This document shows positions 12,201 to 25,900 of a stretch of DNA of 64,000 nt, piece by piece. The notes under the pieces were generated by a model. The model was not told where the DNA came from, ran no database searches, and worked only from the letters and a program-made list of their open reading frames with translations. Each line of letters opens with the position of its first letter. Position 1 is the stretch's first letter. The position numbers were made by a program, and so were the translations under genes. The stretch is from Eledone cirrhosa (lineage: Eukaryota), in NCBI GenBank assembly GCA_964016885.1, contig OZ024744.1, forward strand, positions 134,044,001 to 134,108,000, written 5' to 3'.

Positions 12201-15200
12201 TTAAGTTAAGTTGGGGTTAAGTTAAGTTGGGGTTAAGTTAAGTTGGGGTTAAGTTAAGTCGGGGTTAAGTTAAGTTGGGGTTAAGTTAAGTTGGGGTTAA
12301 TTTAAGTTGGGGTTAAGTTAAGTTGGGGTTAAGTTAAGTTGGGGTTAAATTAAGTTGGGGTTAAGTTAAGTTGGGGTTAAGTCAAGTTGGGGTTAAGTTA
12401 AGTTGGGGATAAGTTAAGTTGGGGATAATTTAAGTTGGGGTTAAGTTAAGTTGGGTTTAAGTTAAGTTGGGGTTAAGTTAAGTTGGGGTTAAGTTAAGTT
12501 GGGGTTAAGGTAAGTTGGGGTTAAGTTAAGTTGGGGTTAAGTTAAGTTGGGGTTAAGTTAAGTTGGGGTTAAGTCAAGTCGGGGTTAAGTTAAGTTGGGG
12601 TTAAGTTAAGTTGGGGTTAAGTTAAGTCGGGGTTAAGTTAAGTTGGGGTTAAGTTAAGTTGGGGTTAATTTAAGTTGGGGTTAAGTTAAGTTGGGGTTAA
12701 GTTAAGTTGGGGTTAAGTTAAGATGGGGTTAATTTAAGTTGGGGTTAAGTTAAGTTGAGGTTAAGTTAAGTTGGGGTTAAATTAAGTTGGGGTTAAGTTA
12801 AGTTGGGGTTAAGTCAAGTTGGGGTTAAGTTAAGTTGGGGATAAGTTAAGTTGGGGATAATTTAAGTTGGGTTTAAGTTAAGTTGGGGTTAAGTTAAGTT
12901 GGGGTTAATTTAAGTTGGGGTTTATTTAAGTTGGGGTTACGTTAAGTTGGTGTTAAGTTAAGTTGGGGTTAATTTAAGTTGGGGTTAATTAAGTTGGGGT
13001 TAAGTTAAGTTGGGGTTAAGTTAAGTTGGGGTTAATTTAAGTTGGGGTTGAGTTAAGTTGGGGTTAAGTTAAGTTGGGGTTATATTAAGTTGGGGTTAAG
13101 TTAAGTTGGGGTTCAGTTAAGTTGGGTATAAGTTAAGTTGGGGTTAAGTTAAGTTGGGGTTAAGTTAAGTTGGGGTTAAGTTAAGTTGGTGTTAAGTTAA
13201 GTTGGGGCTAAGTTAAATTGGGGCTGAGTTAAGTTGGGGCTGAGTTAAGTTGGGGTTAAGTTAAGTTGGGGTCAAGTTAAGTTGGGGTTAAGTTGGGGTT
13301 AAGTTAATTTGTGGTTAAGTTAAGTTGGGGTTAAGTTAAGTTGGGGTTAAGTTAAGTTGGGGTTAAGTTAAGTCGGGGTTAAGTTAAGTTGGGGTTAAGT
13401 TAAGTTGGGGTTAATTTAAGTTGGGGTTAAGTTAAGTTAGGGTCAAGTTAAGTTGGGGTTAAGTTGGGGTTAAGTTAAGTTAGGTTTAAGTTAAGTTGGG
13501 GTTAAGTTAAGTTGGGGTTAAGTTAAGTTGGGGTTAAGTTAAGTTGGGGTTAAGTTAATTTGTGGTTAAGTTAAGTTGGGGTTAAGTTAAGTTGGGGTTA
13601 AGTTAAGTTGGGGTTAAGTTAAGTCGGGGTTAAGTTAAGTTGGGGTTAAGTTAAGTTGGGGTTAATTTAAGTTGGGGTTAAGTTAAGTTGGGGTTAAGTT
13701 AAGTTGGGGTTAAATTAAGTTGGGGTTAAGTTAAGTTGGGGTTAAGTCAAGTTGGGGTTAAGTTAAGTTGGGGATAAGTTAAGTTGGGGATAATTTAAGT
13801 TGGGGTTAAGTTAAGTTGGGTTTAAGTTAAGTTGGGGTTAAGTTAAGTTGGGGTTAAGTTAAGTTGGGGTTAAGTTAAGTTGGGGTTAAGTTAAGTTGGG
13901 GTTAAGTTAAGTTGGGGCTAAGTTAAGTTGGGGCTGAGTTAAGTTGGGGTTAAGTTAAGTTGGGCTTAATTTAAGTCGGGGTCAAGTTAAGTTAGGGTTC
14001 AGTTAAGTTGGGGTTAAGTTAAGTTGGGGTTAAGTTAAGTTGGGATTAAGTTAAGTCGGGGTTAAGTTAAGTTGGGGTTAAGTTAAGTTGGGGTTAAGTT
14101 AAGTCGGGATTAAGTTAAGTTGGGGTTAAGTTAAGTTGGGGTTAATTTAAGTTGGGGTTAAGTTAAGTTGGGGTTAAGTTAAGTTGGGGTTAAGTTAAGA
14201 TGGGGTTAATTTAAGTTGGGGTTAAGTTAAGTTGAGGTTAAGTTAAGTTGGGGTTAAATTAAGTTGGGGTTAAGTTAAGTTGGGGTTAAGTCAAGTTGGG
14301 GTTAAGTTAAGTTGGGGATAAGTTAAGTTGGGGATAATTTAAGTTGGGTTTAAGTTAAGTTGGGGTTAAGTTAAGTTGGGGTTAAGTTAAGTTGGGGTTA
14401 AGTTAAGTTGGGGTTAATTTAAGTTGGGGCTAAGTTAAGTTGGGACTGAGTTAAGTTGGGGTTAAGTTAAGTTGGGGTTAAGTTAAGTTGGGGTTAAGTT
14501 AAGTTGGAGTTTATTTAAGTTGGGGTTAAGTTAAGTTGGGGTTCAGTTAAGTTGGGGTTAAGTTAAGTTGGGGTTAAGATGGGGTTAAATTAAGTTGGGG
14601 TTAAGTTAAGTTGGGGTTAATTTAAGTTGGGGTTAAGTTAAGTTGGGGTTAAGTTAAGTCGGGGTTAAGTTAAGTCGGGGTTAAGTTAAGTTAGGGTTCA
14701 GTTAAGTTGGGGTTAAGTTAAGTTGGGGTTGAGTTAAGTTGGGGTTGAGTTAAATTGGGGTTGAGTTAAGTTGGGGTTGAGTTAAGTTGGTGTTGAGTTA
14801 AGTTGGGGTTAAGTTAAGTTGGGGTTAAGTTAATTTGTGGTTAAGTTAAGTTGGGGTTAAGTTAAGTTGGGGTTAAGTTAAGTTGGGGTTAAGTTAAGTC
14901 GGGGTTAAGTTAAGTTGGGGTTGAGTTAAGTTGGGGTTAATTTAAGTTGGGGTTAAGTTAAGTTGGGGTTAAGTTAAGTTGGGGTTAAGTTAAGTTGGGG
15001 TTAAGTTAAGTTGGGGTTAAGTTAAGTTGGGGTTAAGTTAAGTTGGGGTTAAGTTAAGTTGGGGTTAAGTTAAGTTGGGGTTAAGTTAAGTTGGGGATAA
15101 GTTAAGTTGGGGATAATTTAAGTTGGGGTTAAGTTAAGTTGGGTTTAAGTTAAGTTGGGGTTAAGTTAAGTTGGGGATAAGTTAAGTTGGGGTTAAGTTA

Positions 15201-15745
15201 AGTTGGGGTTAAGTTAAGTTGGGGTTAAGTTAAGTTGGGGCTAAGTTAAGTTGGGGCTGAGTTAAGTTGGGGTTAAGTTAAGTTGGGGTTAAGTTAAGTT
15301 GGGGTTAATTTAAGTTGGGGTTTATTTAAGTTGGGGTTACGTTAAGTTGGTGTTAAGTTAAGTTGGGGTTAATTTAAGTTGGGGTTAATTAAGTTGGGGT
15401 TAAGTTAAGTTGGGGTTAAGTTAAGTTGGGGTTAATTTAAGTTGGGGTTGAGTTAAGTTGGGGTTAAGTTAAGTTGGGGTTATATTAAGTTGGGGTTAAG
15501 TTAAGTTGGGGTTCAGTTAAGTTGGGTATAAGTTAAGTTGGGGTTAAGTTAAGTTGGGGTTAAGTTAAGTTGGTGTTAAGTTAAGTTGGGGCTAAGTTAA
15601 GTTGGGGCTGAGTTAAGTTGGGGCTGAGTTAAGTTGGGGTTAAGTTAAGTTGGGGTCAAGTTAAGTTGGGGTTAAGTTGGGGTTAAGTTAAGTTAGGTTT
15701 ACGCTAAGATGGGGTTAAGTTAAGTTGGGGTTAAGTTAAGTTGGG
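9220..15745 (+). repeat. Large duplicated segment, copy 2 (partner about 1-6720)
   Basis: Same ordered markers as 1-6720. It includes the internal 256-bp duplication (AAGATGGGG at 10828/11084 versus 1627/1883). Confidence 0.85.
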
Positions 15746-15769
15746 GTTAAGTTAAGTTGGGGTTAAGTT

Positions 15770-18700
15770 AAGTTGGGGTTAATTTAAGTTGGGGCTAAGT
15801 TAAGTTGGGACTGAGTTAAGTTGGGGTTAAGTTAAGTTGGGGTTAAGTTAAGTTGGGGTTAAGTTAAGTTGGAGTTTATTTAAGTTGGGCTTAAGTTAAG
15901 TTGGGGTTCAGTTAAGTTGGGGTTAAGTTAAGTTGGGGTTAAGATGGGGTTAAATTAAGTTGGGGTTAAGTTAAGTTGGGGTTAATTTAAGTTGGGGTTA
16001 AGTTAAGTTGGGGTTAAGTTAAGTCGGGGTTAAGTTAAGTCGGGGTTAAGTTAAGTTAGGGTTCAGTTAAGTTGGGCTTAAGTTAAGTTGGGGTTGAGTT
16101 AAGTTGGGGTTGAGTTAAATTGGGGTTGAGTTAAGTTGGGGTTGAGTTAAGTTGGTGTTGAGTTAAGTTGGGGTTAAGTTAAGTTGGGGTTAAGTTAATT
16201 TGTGGTTAAGTTAAGTTGGGGTTAAGTTAAGTTGGGGTTAAGTTAAGTTGGGGTTAAGTTAAGTCGGGGTTAAGTTAAGTTGGGGTTGAGTTAAGTTGGG
16301 GTTAATTTAAGTTGGGGTTAAGTTAAGTTGGGGTTAAGTTAAGTTGGGGTTAAGTTAAGTTGGGGTTAAGTTAAGTTGGGGTTAAGTTAAGTTGGGGTTA
16401 AGTTAAGTTGGGGTTAAATTAAGTTGGGGTTAAGTTAAGTTGGGGTTAAGTTAAGTTGGGGTTAAGTTAAGTTGGGGATAAGTTAAGTTGGGGATAATTT
16501 AAGTTGGGGTTAAGTTAAGTTGGGTTTAAGTTAAGTTGGGGTTAATTTAAGTTGGGGTTAAGTTAAGTTGGGGTCAAGTTAAGTTGGGGTTAAGTTGGGG
16601 TTAAGTTAAGTTAGGTTTAAGTTAAGTTGGGGTTAAGTTAAGTTGGGGTTAAGTTAAGTTGGGGTTAAGTTAAGTTGGGGTTAAGTTAATTTGTGGTTAA
16701 GTTAAGTTGGGGTTAAGTTAAGTTGGGGTTAAGTTAAGTTGGGGTTAAGTTAAGTCGGGGTTAAGTTAAGTTGGGGTTAAGTTAAGTTGGGGTTAATTTA
16801 AGTTGGGGTTAAGTTAAGTTGGGGTTAAGTTAAGTTGGGGTTAAATTAAGTTGGGGTTAAGTTAAGTTGGGGTTAAGTCAAGTTGGGGTTAAGTTAAGTT
16901 GGGGATAAGTTAAGTTGGGGATAATTTAAGTTGGGGTTAAGTTAAGTTGGGTTTAAGTTAAGTTGGGGTTAAGTTAAGTTGGGGTTAAGTTAAGTTGGGG
17001 TTAAGGTAAGTTGGGGTTAAGTTAAGTTGGGGTTAAGTTAAGTTGGGGTTAAGTTAAGTTGGGGTTAAGTCAAGTCGGGGTTAAGTTAAGTTGGGGTTAA
17101 GTTAAGTTGGGGTTAAGTTAAGTCGGGGTTAAGTTAAGTTGGGGTTAAGTTAAGTTGGGGTTAATTTAAGTTGGGGTTAAGTTAAGTTGGGGTTAAGTTA
17201 AGTTGGGGTTAAGTTAAGATGGGGTTAATTTAAGTTGGGGTTAAGTTAAGTTGAGGTTAAGTTAAGTTGGGGTTAAATTAAGTTGGGGTTAAGTTAAGTT
17301 GGGGTTAAGTCAAGTTGGGGTTAAGTTAAGTTGGGGATAAGTTAAGTTGGGGATAATTTAAGTTGGGTTTAAGTTAAGTTGGGGTTAAGTTAAGTTGGGG
17401 TTAATTTAAGTTGGGGTTTATTTAAGTTGGGGTTACGTTAAGTTGGTGTTAAGTTAAGTTGGGGTTAATTTAAGTTGGGGTTAATTAAGTTGGGGTTAAG
17501 TTAAGTTGGGGTTAAGTTAAGTTGGGGTTAATTTAAGTTGGGGTTGAGTTAAGTTGGGGTTAAGTTAAGTTGGGGTTATATTAAGTTGGGGTTAAGTTAA
17601 GTTGGGGTTCAGTTAAGTTGGGTATAAGTTAAGTTGGGGTTAAGTTAAGTTGGGGTTAAGTTAAGTTGGGGTTAAGTTAAGTTGGTGTTAAGTTAAGTTG
17701 GGGCTAAGTTAAATTGGGGCTGAGTTAAGTTGGGGCTGAGTTAAGTTGGGGTTAAGTTAAGTTGGGGTCAAGTTAAGTTGGGGTTAAGTTGGGGTTAAGT
17801 TAATTTGTGGTTAAGTTAAGTTGGGGTTAAGTTAAGTTGGGGTTAAGTTAAGTTGGGGTTAAGTTAAGTCGGGGTTAAGTTAAGTTGGGGTTAAGTTAAG
17901 TTGGGGTTAATTTAAGTTGGGGTTAAGTTAAGTTAGGGTCAAGTTAAGTTGGGGTTAAGTTGGGGTTAAGTTAAGTTAGGTTTAAGTTAAGTTGGGGTTA
18001 AGTTAAGTTGGGGTTAAGTTAAGTTGGGGTTAAGTTAAGTTGGGGTTAAGTTAATTTGTGGTTAAGTTAAGTTGGGGTTAAGTTAAGTTGGGGTTAAGTT
18101 AAGTTGGGGTTAAGTTAAGTCGGGGTTAAGTTAAGTTGGGGTTAAGTTAAGTTGGGGTTAATTTAAGTTGGGGTTAAGTTAAGTTGGGGTTAAGTTAAGT
18201 TGGGGTTAAATTAAGTTGGGGTTAAGTTAAGTTGGGGTTAAGTCAAGTTGGGGTTAAGTTAAGTTGGGGATAAGTTAAGTTGGGGATAATTTAAGTTGGG
18301 GTTAAGTTAAGTTGGGTTTAAGTTAAGTTGGGGTTAAGTTAAGTTGGGGTTAAGTTAAGTTGGGGTTAAGTTAAGTTGGGGTTAAGTTAAGTTGGGGTTA
18401 AGTTAAGTTGGGGCTAAGTTAAGTTGGGGCTGAGTTAAGTTGGGGTTAAGTTAAGTTGGGCTTAATTTAAGTCGGGGTCAAGTTAAGTTAGGGTTCAGTT
18501 AAGTTGGGGTTAAGTTAAGTTAGGGTTAAGTTAAGTTGGGGTTAAGTTAAGTCGGGGTTAAGTTAAGTTGGGGTTAAGTTAAGTTGGGGTTAAGTTAAGT
18601 CGGGATTAAGTTAAGTTGGGGTTAAGTTAAGTTGGGGTTAATTTAAGTTGGGGTTAAGTTAAGTTGGGGTTAAGTTAAGTTGGGGTTAAGTTAAGATGGG

Positions 18701-21700
18701 GTTAATTTAAGTTGGGGTTAAGTTAAGTTGAGGTTAAGTTAAGTTGGGGTTAAATTAAGTTGGGGTTAAGTTAAGTTGGGGTTAAGTCAAGTTGGGGTTA
18801 AGTTAAGTTGGGGATAAGTTAAGTTGGGGATAATTTAAGTTGGGTTTAAGTTAAGTTGGGGTTAAGTTAAGTTGGGGTTAAGTTAAGTTGGGGTTAAGTT
18901 AAGTTGGGGTTAATTTAAGTTGGGGCTAAGTTAAGTTGGGACTGAGTTAAGTTGGGGTTAAGTTAAGTTGGGGTTAAGTTAAGTTGGGGTTAAGTTAAGT
19001 TGGAGTTTATTTAAGTTGGGGTTAAGTTAAGTTGGGGTTCAGTTAAGTTGGGGTTAAGTTAAGTTGGGGTTAAGATGGGGTTAAATTAAGTTGGGGTTAA
19101 GTTAAGTTGGGGTTAATTTAAGTTGGGGTTAAGTTAAGTTGGGGTTAAGTTAAGTCGGGGTTAAGTTAAGTCGGGGTTAAGTTAAGTTAGGGTTCAGTTA
19201 AGTTGGGGTTAAGTTAAGTTGGGGTTGAGTTAAGTTGGGGTTGAGTTAAATTGGGGTTGAGTTAAGTTGGGGTTGAGTTAAGTTGGTGTTGAGTTAAGTT
19301 GGGGTTAAGTTAAGTTGGGGTTAAGTTAATTTGTGGTTAAGTTAAGTTGGGGTTAAGTTAAGTTGGGGTTAAGTTAAGTTGGGGTTAAGTTAAGTCGGGG
19401 TTAAGTTAAGTTGGGGTTGAGTTAAGTTGGGGTTAATTTAAGTTGGGGTTAAGTTAAGTTGGGGTTAAGTTAAGTTGGGGTTAAGTTAAGTTGGGGTTAA
19501 GTTAAGTTGGGGTTAAGTTAAGTTGGGGTTAAGTTAAGTTGGGGTTAAGTTAAGTTGGGGTTAAGTTAAGTTGGGGTTAAGTTAAGTTGGGGATAAGTTA
19601 AGTTGGGGATAATTTAAGTTGGGGTTAAGTTAAGTTGGGTTTAAGTTAAGTTGGGGTTAAGTTAAGTTGGGGATAAGTTAAGTTGGGGTTAAGTTAAGTT
19701 GGGGTTAAGTTAAGTTGGGGTTAAGTTAAGTTGGGGCTAAGTTAAGTTGGGGTTAAGTTAAGTTGGGGCTAAGTTAAGTTGGGGCTGAGTTAAGTTGGGG
19801 TTAAGTTAAGTTGGGGTTAAGTTAAGTTGGGGTTAATTTAAGTTGGGGTTTATTTAAGTTGGGGTTACGTTAAGTTGGTGTTAAGTTAAGTTGGGGTTAA
19901 TTTAAGTTGGGGTTAATTAAGTTGGGGTTAAGTTAAGTTGGGGTTAAGTTAAGTTGGGGTTAATTTAAGTTGGGGTTGAGTTAAGTTGGGGTTAAGTTAA
20001 GTTGGGGTTATATTAAGTTGGGGTTAAGTTAAGTTGGGGTTCAGTTAAGTTGGGTATAAGTTAAGTTGGGGTTAAGTTAAGTTGGGGTTAAGTTAAGTTG
20101 GTGTTAAGTTAAGTTGGGGCTAAGTTAAGTTGGGGCTGAGTTAAGTTGGGGCTGAGTTAAGTTGGGGTTAAGTTAAGTTGGGGTCAAGTTAAGTTGGGGT
20201 TAAGTTGGGGTTAAGTTAAGTTAGGTTTACGCTAAGATGGGGTTAAGTTAAGTTGGGGTTAAGTTAAGTTGGGGTTAAGTTAATTTGTGGTTAAGTTAAG
20301 TTGGGGTTAAGTTAAGTTGGGGTTAAGTTAAGTTGGGGTTAAGTTAAATCGGGGTTAAGTTAAGTTGGGGTTAATTTAAGTTGGGGTTAATTTAAGTTGG
20401 GGTTAAGTTAAGTTGGGGTCAAGTTAAGTTGGGGTTAAGTTGGGGTTAAGTTAAGTTAGGTTTAAGTTAAGTTGGGGTTAAGTTAAGTTGGGGTTAAGTT
20501 AAGTTGGGGTTAAGTTAAGTTGGGGTTAAGTTAAGTTGGGGTTAAGTTAATTTGTGGTTAAGTTAAGTTGGGGTTAAGTTAAGTTGGGGTTAAGTTAAGT
20601 TGGGGTTAAGTTAAGTCGGGGTTAAGTTAAGTTGGGGTTAAGTTAAGTTGGGGTTAATTTAAGTTGGGGTTAAGTTAAGTTGGGGTTAAGTTAAGTTGGG
20701 GTTAAATTAAGTTGGGGTTAAGTTAAGTTGGGGTTAAGTCAAGTTGGGGTTAAGTTAAGTTGGGGATAAGTTAAGTTGGGGATAATTTAAGTTGGGGTTA
20801 AGTTAAGTTGGGTTTAAGTTAAGTTGGGGTTAAGTTAAGTTGGGGTTAAGTTAAGTTGGGGTTAAGTTAAGTTGGGGTTAAGTTAAGTTGGGGCTAAGTT
20901 AAGTTGGGGCTGAGTTAAGTTGGGGTTAAGTTAAGTTGGGCTTAATTTAAGTCGGGGTTAAGTTAAGTTAGGGTTCAGTTAAGTTGGGGTTAAGTTAAGT
21001 TGGGGTTAAGTTAAGTTGGGGTTAAGTTAAGTCGGGGTTAAGTTAAGTTGGGGTTAAGTTAAGTTGGGGTTAAGTTAAGTCGGGGTTAAGTTAAGTTGGG
21101 GTTAAGTTAAGTTGGGGTTAATTTAAGTTGGGGTTAAGTTAAGTTGGGGTTAAGTTAAGTTGGGGTTAAGTTAAGATGGGGTTAATTTAAGTTGGGGTTA
21201 AGTTAAGTTGAGGTTAAGTTAAGTTGGGGTTAAATTAAGTTGGGGTTAAGTTAAGTTGGGGTTAAGTCAAGTTGGGGTTAAGTTAAGTTGGGGATAAGTT
21301 AAGTTGGGGATAATTTAAGTTGGGTTTAAGTTAAGTTGGGGTTAAGTTAAGTTGGGGTTAAGTTAAGTTGGGGTTAAGTTAAGTTGGGGTTAATTTAAGT
21401 TGGGGCTAAGTTAAGTTGGGACTGAGTTAAGTTGGGGTTAAGTTAAGTTGGGGTTAAGTTAAGTTGGGGTTAAGTTAAGTTGGAGTTTATTTAAGTTGGG
21501 GTTAAGTTAAGTTGGGGTTCAGTTAAGTTGGGGTTAAGTTAAGTTGGGGTTAAGATGGGGTTAAATTAAGTTGGGGTTAAGTTAAGTTGGTGTTAAGTTA
21601 AGTTGGGGTTAATTTAAGTTGGGGTTAATTAAGTTGGGGTTAAGTTAAGTTGGGGTTAAGTTAAGTTGGGGTTAATTTAAGTTGGGGTTGAGTTAAGTTG

Positions 21701-22000
21701 GGGTTAAGTTAAGTTGGGGTTATATTAAGTTGGGGTTAAGTTAAGTTGGTGTTAAGTTAAGTTGGGGCTAAGTTAAATTGGGGCTGAGTTAAGTTGGGGC
21801 TGAGTTAAGTTGGGGTTAAGTTAAGTTGGGGCCAAGTTAAGTTGGGGTTAAGTTGGGGTTAAGTTAAGTTAGGTTTAAGTTAAGATGGGGTTAAGTTAAG
21901 TTGGGGTTAAGTTAAGTTGGGGTTAAGTTAAGTTGGGGTTAAGTTAAGTCGGGGTTAAGTTAAGTTGGGGTTAAGTTAAGTTGGGGTTAATTTAAGTTGG
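15770..22000 (+). repeat. About 6.2-kb segment duplicating about 2260-8450; its first 4.5 kb is also a tandem copy of about 11270-15745
   Basis: TTACGT 3912/17433 (offset 13521), ACGCT 6676/20229 and GGCCAAG 8279/21832 (offset 13553). Tandem offsets: 12937/17433 and 14106/18602 (4496), 15701/20229 (4528). Confidence 0.85.
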
Positions 22001-22999
22001 GGTTAAGTTAAGTTGGGGTCAAGTTAAGTTGGGGTTAAGTTGGGGTTAAGTTAAGTTAGGTTTAAGTTAAGTTGGGGTTAAGTTAAGTTGGGGTTAAGTT
22101 AAGTTGGGGTTAAGTTAAGTTGGGGTTAAGTTAATTTGTGGTTAAGTTAAGTTGGGGTTAAGTTAAGTTGGGGTTAAGTTAAGTTGGGGTTAAGTTAAGT
22201 CGGGGTTAAGTTAAGTTGGGGTTAAGTTAAGTTGGGGTTAATTTAAGTTGGGGTTAAGTTAAGTTGGGGTTAAGTTAAGTTGGGGTTAAATTAAGTTGGG
22301 GTTAAGTTAAGTTGGGGTTAAGTCAAATTGGGGTTAAGTTAAGTTGGGGATAAGTTAAGTTGGGGATAATTTAAGTTGGGGTTAAGTTAAGTTGGGTTTA
22401 AGTTAAGTTGGGGTTAAGTTAAGTTGGGGTTAAGTTAAGTTGGGGTTAAGGTAAGTTGGGGTTAAGTTAAGTTGGGGCTAAGTTAAGTTGGGGCTGAGTT
22501 AAGTTGGGGTTAAGTTAAGTTGGGCTTAATTTAAGTCGGGGTTAAGTTAAGTTAGGGTTCAGTTAAGTTGGGGTTAAGTTAAGTTGGGGTTAAGTTAAGT
22601 TGGGGTTAAGTTAAGTCGGGGTTAAGTTAAGTTGGGGTTAAGTTAAGTTGGGGTTAAGTTAAGTCGGGGTTAAGTTAAGTTGGGGTTAAGTTAAGTTGGG
22701 GTTAATTTAAGTTGGGGTTAAGTTAAGTTGGGGTTAAGTTAAGTTGGGGTTAAGTTAAGATGGGGTTAATTTAAGTTGGGGTTAAGTTAAGTTGAGGTTA
22801 AGTTAAGTTGGGGTTAAATTAAGTTGGGGTTAAGTTAAGTTGGGGTTAAGTCAAGTTGGGGTTACGTTAAGTTGGGGATAAGTTAAGTTGGGGATAATTT
22901 AAGTTGGGTTTAAGTTAAGTTGGGGTTAAGTTAAGTTGGGGTTAATTTAAGTTGGGGTTAAGTTAAGTTAGGTTTAAGTTAAGTTGGGGTTAAGTTAAG

Positions 23000-25900
23000 T
23001 TGGGGTTAAGTTAAGTTGGGGTTAAGTTAAGTTGGGGTTAAGTTAATTTGTGGTTAAGTTAAGTTGGGGTTAAGTTAAGTTGGGGTTAAGTTAAGTTGGG
23101 GTTAAGTTAAGTCGGGGTTAAGTTAAGTTGGGGTTAAGTTAAGTTGGGGTTAATTTAAGTTGGGGTTAAGTTAAGTTGGGGTTAAGTTAAGTTGGGGTTA
23201 AATTAAGTTGGGGTTAAGTTAAGTTGGGGTTAAGTCAAGTTGGGGTTAAGTTAAGTTGGGGATAAGTTAAGTTGGGGATAATTTAAGTTGGGGTTAAGTT
23301 AAGTTGGGTTTAAGTTAAGTTGGGGTTAAGTTAAGTTGGGGTTAAGTTAAGTTGGGGTTAAGTTAAGTTGGGGTTAAGTTAAGTTGGGGTTAAGTTAAGT
23401 TGGGGCTAAGTTAAGTTGGGGCTGAGTTAAGTTGGGGTTAAGTTAAGTTGGGCTTAATTTAAGTCGGGGTCAAGTTAAGTTAGGGTTCAGTTAAGTTGGG
23501 GTTAAGTTAAGTTGGGGTTAAGTTAAGTTGGGGTTAAGTTAAGTCGGGGTTAAGTTAAGTTGGGGTTAAGTTAAGTTGGGGTTAAGTTAAGTCGGGGTTA
23601 AGTTAAGTTGGGGTTAAGTTAAGTTGGGGTTAATTTAAGTTGGGGTTAAGTTAAGTTGGGGTTAAGTTAAGTTGGGGTTAAGTTAAGATGGGGTTAATTT
23701 AAGTTGGGGTTAAGTTAAGTTGAGGTTAAGTTAAGTTGGGGTTAAATTAAGTTGGGGTTAAGTTAAGTTGGGGTTAAGTCAAGTTGGGGTTAAGTTAAGT
23801 TGGGGATAAGTTAAGTTGGGGATAATTTAAGTTGGGTTTAAGTTAAGTTGGGGTTAAGTTAAGTTGGGGTTAAGTTAAGTTGGGGTTAAGTTAAGTTGGG
23901 GTTAATTTAAGTTGGGGCTAAGTTAAGTTGGGACTGAGTTAAGTTGGGGTTAAGTTAAGTTGGGGTTAAGTTAAGTTGGAGTTTATTTAAGTTGGGGTTA
24001 AGTTAAGTTGGGGTTCAGTTAAGTTGGGGTTAAGTTAAGTTGGGGTTAAATGGGGTTAAATTAAGTTGGGGTTAAGTTAAGTTGGGGTTAATTTAAGTTG
24101 GGGTTAAGTTAAGTTGGGGTTAAGTTAAGTCGGGGTTAAGTTAAGTCGGGGTTAAGTTAAGTTAGGGTTCAGTTAAGTTGGGGTTAAGTTAAGTTGGGGT
24201 TGAGTTAAGTTGGGGTTGAGTTAAATTGGGGTTGAGTTAAGTTGGGGTTGAGTTAAGTTGGTGTTGAGTTAAGTTGGGGTTAAGTTAAGTTGGGGTTAAG
24301 TTAATTTGTGGTTAAGTTAAGTTGGGGTTAAGTTAAGTTGGGGTTAAGTTAAGTTGGGGTTAAGTTAAGTCGGGGTTAAGTTAAGTTGGGGTTGAGTTAA
24401 GTTGGGGTTTATTTAAGTTGGGGTTAAGTTAAGTTGGGGTTAAGTTAAGTTGGGGTTAAGTTAAGTTGGGGTTAAGTTAAGTTGGGGTTAAGTTAAGTTG
24501 GGGTTAAGTTAAGTTGGGGTTAAATTAAGTTGGGGTTAAGTTAAGTTGGGGTTAAGTTAAGTTGGGGTTAAGTTAAGTTGGGGATAAGTTAAGCTGGGGA
24601 TAATTTAAGTTGGGGTTAAGTTAAGTTGGGTTTAAGTTAAGTTGGGGTTAAGTTAAGTTGGGGATAAGTTAAGTTGGGGTTAAGTTAAGTTGGGGTTAAG
24701 TTAAGTTGGGGTTAAGTTAAGTTGGGGCTAAGTTAAGTTGGGGCTGAGTTAAGTTGGGGTTAAGTTAAGTTGGGGTTAAGTTAAGTTGGGGTTAATTTAA
24801 GTTGGGGTTTATTTAAGTTGGGGTTACGTTAAGTTGGTGTTAAGTTAAGTTGGGGTTAATTTAAGTTGGGGTTAATTAAGTTGGGGTTAAGTTAAGTTGG
24901 GGTTAAGTTAAGTTGGGGTTAATTTAAGTTGGGGTTGAGTTAAGTTGGGGTTAAGTTAAGTTGGGGTTATATTAAGTTGGGGTTAAGTTAAGTTGGGGTT
25001 CAGTTAAGTTGGGTATAAGTTAAGTTGGGGTTAAGTTAAGTTGGGGTTAAGTTAAGTTGGGGTTAAGTTAAGTTGGTGTTAAGTTAAGTTGGGGCTAAGT
25101 TAAGTTGGGGCTGAGTTAAGTTGGGGCTGAGTTAAGTTGGGGTTAAGTTAAGTTGGGGTCAAGTTAAGTTGGGGTTAAGTTGGGGTTAAGTTAAGTTAGG
25201 TTTACGTTAAGATGGGGTTAAGTTAAGTTGGGGTTAAGTTAAGTTGGGGTTAAGTTAATTTGTGGTTAAGTTAAGTTGGGGTTAAGTTAAGTTGGGGTTA
25301 AGTTAAGTTGGGGTTAAGTTAAATCGGGGTTAAGTTAAGTTGGGGTTAATTTAAGTTGGGGTTAATTTAAGTTGGGGTTAAGTTAAGTTGGGGTCAAGTT
25401 AAGTTGGGGTTAAGCTGGGGTTAAGTTAAGTTAGGTTTAAGTTAAGTTGGGGTTAAGTTAAGTTGGGGTTAAGTTAAGTTGGGGTTAAGTTAAGTTGGGG
25501 TTAAGTTAAGTTGGGGTTAAATTAATTTGTGGTTAAGTTAAGTTGGGGTTAAGTTAAGTTGGGGTTAAGTTAAGTTGGGGTTAAGTTAAGTCGGGGTTAA
25601 GTTAAGTTGGGGTTAAGTTAAGTTGGGGTTAATTTAAGTTGGGGTTAAGTTAAGTTGGGGTTAAGTTAAGTTGGGGTTAAGTTAAGTTGGGGTTAAGTTA
25701 AGTTGGGGTTAAGTCAAGTTGGGGTTAAGTTAAGTTGGGGATAAATTAAGTTGGGGATAATTTAAGTTGGGGTTAAGTTAAGTTGGGTTTAAGTTAAGTT
25801 GGGGTTAAGTTAAGTTGGGGTTAAGTTAAGTTGGGGTTAAGTTAAGTTGGGGCTAAGTTAAGTTGGGGCTGAGTTAAGTTGGGGTTAAGTTAAGTTGGGC

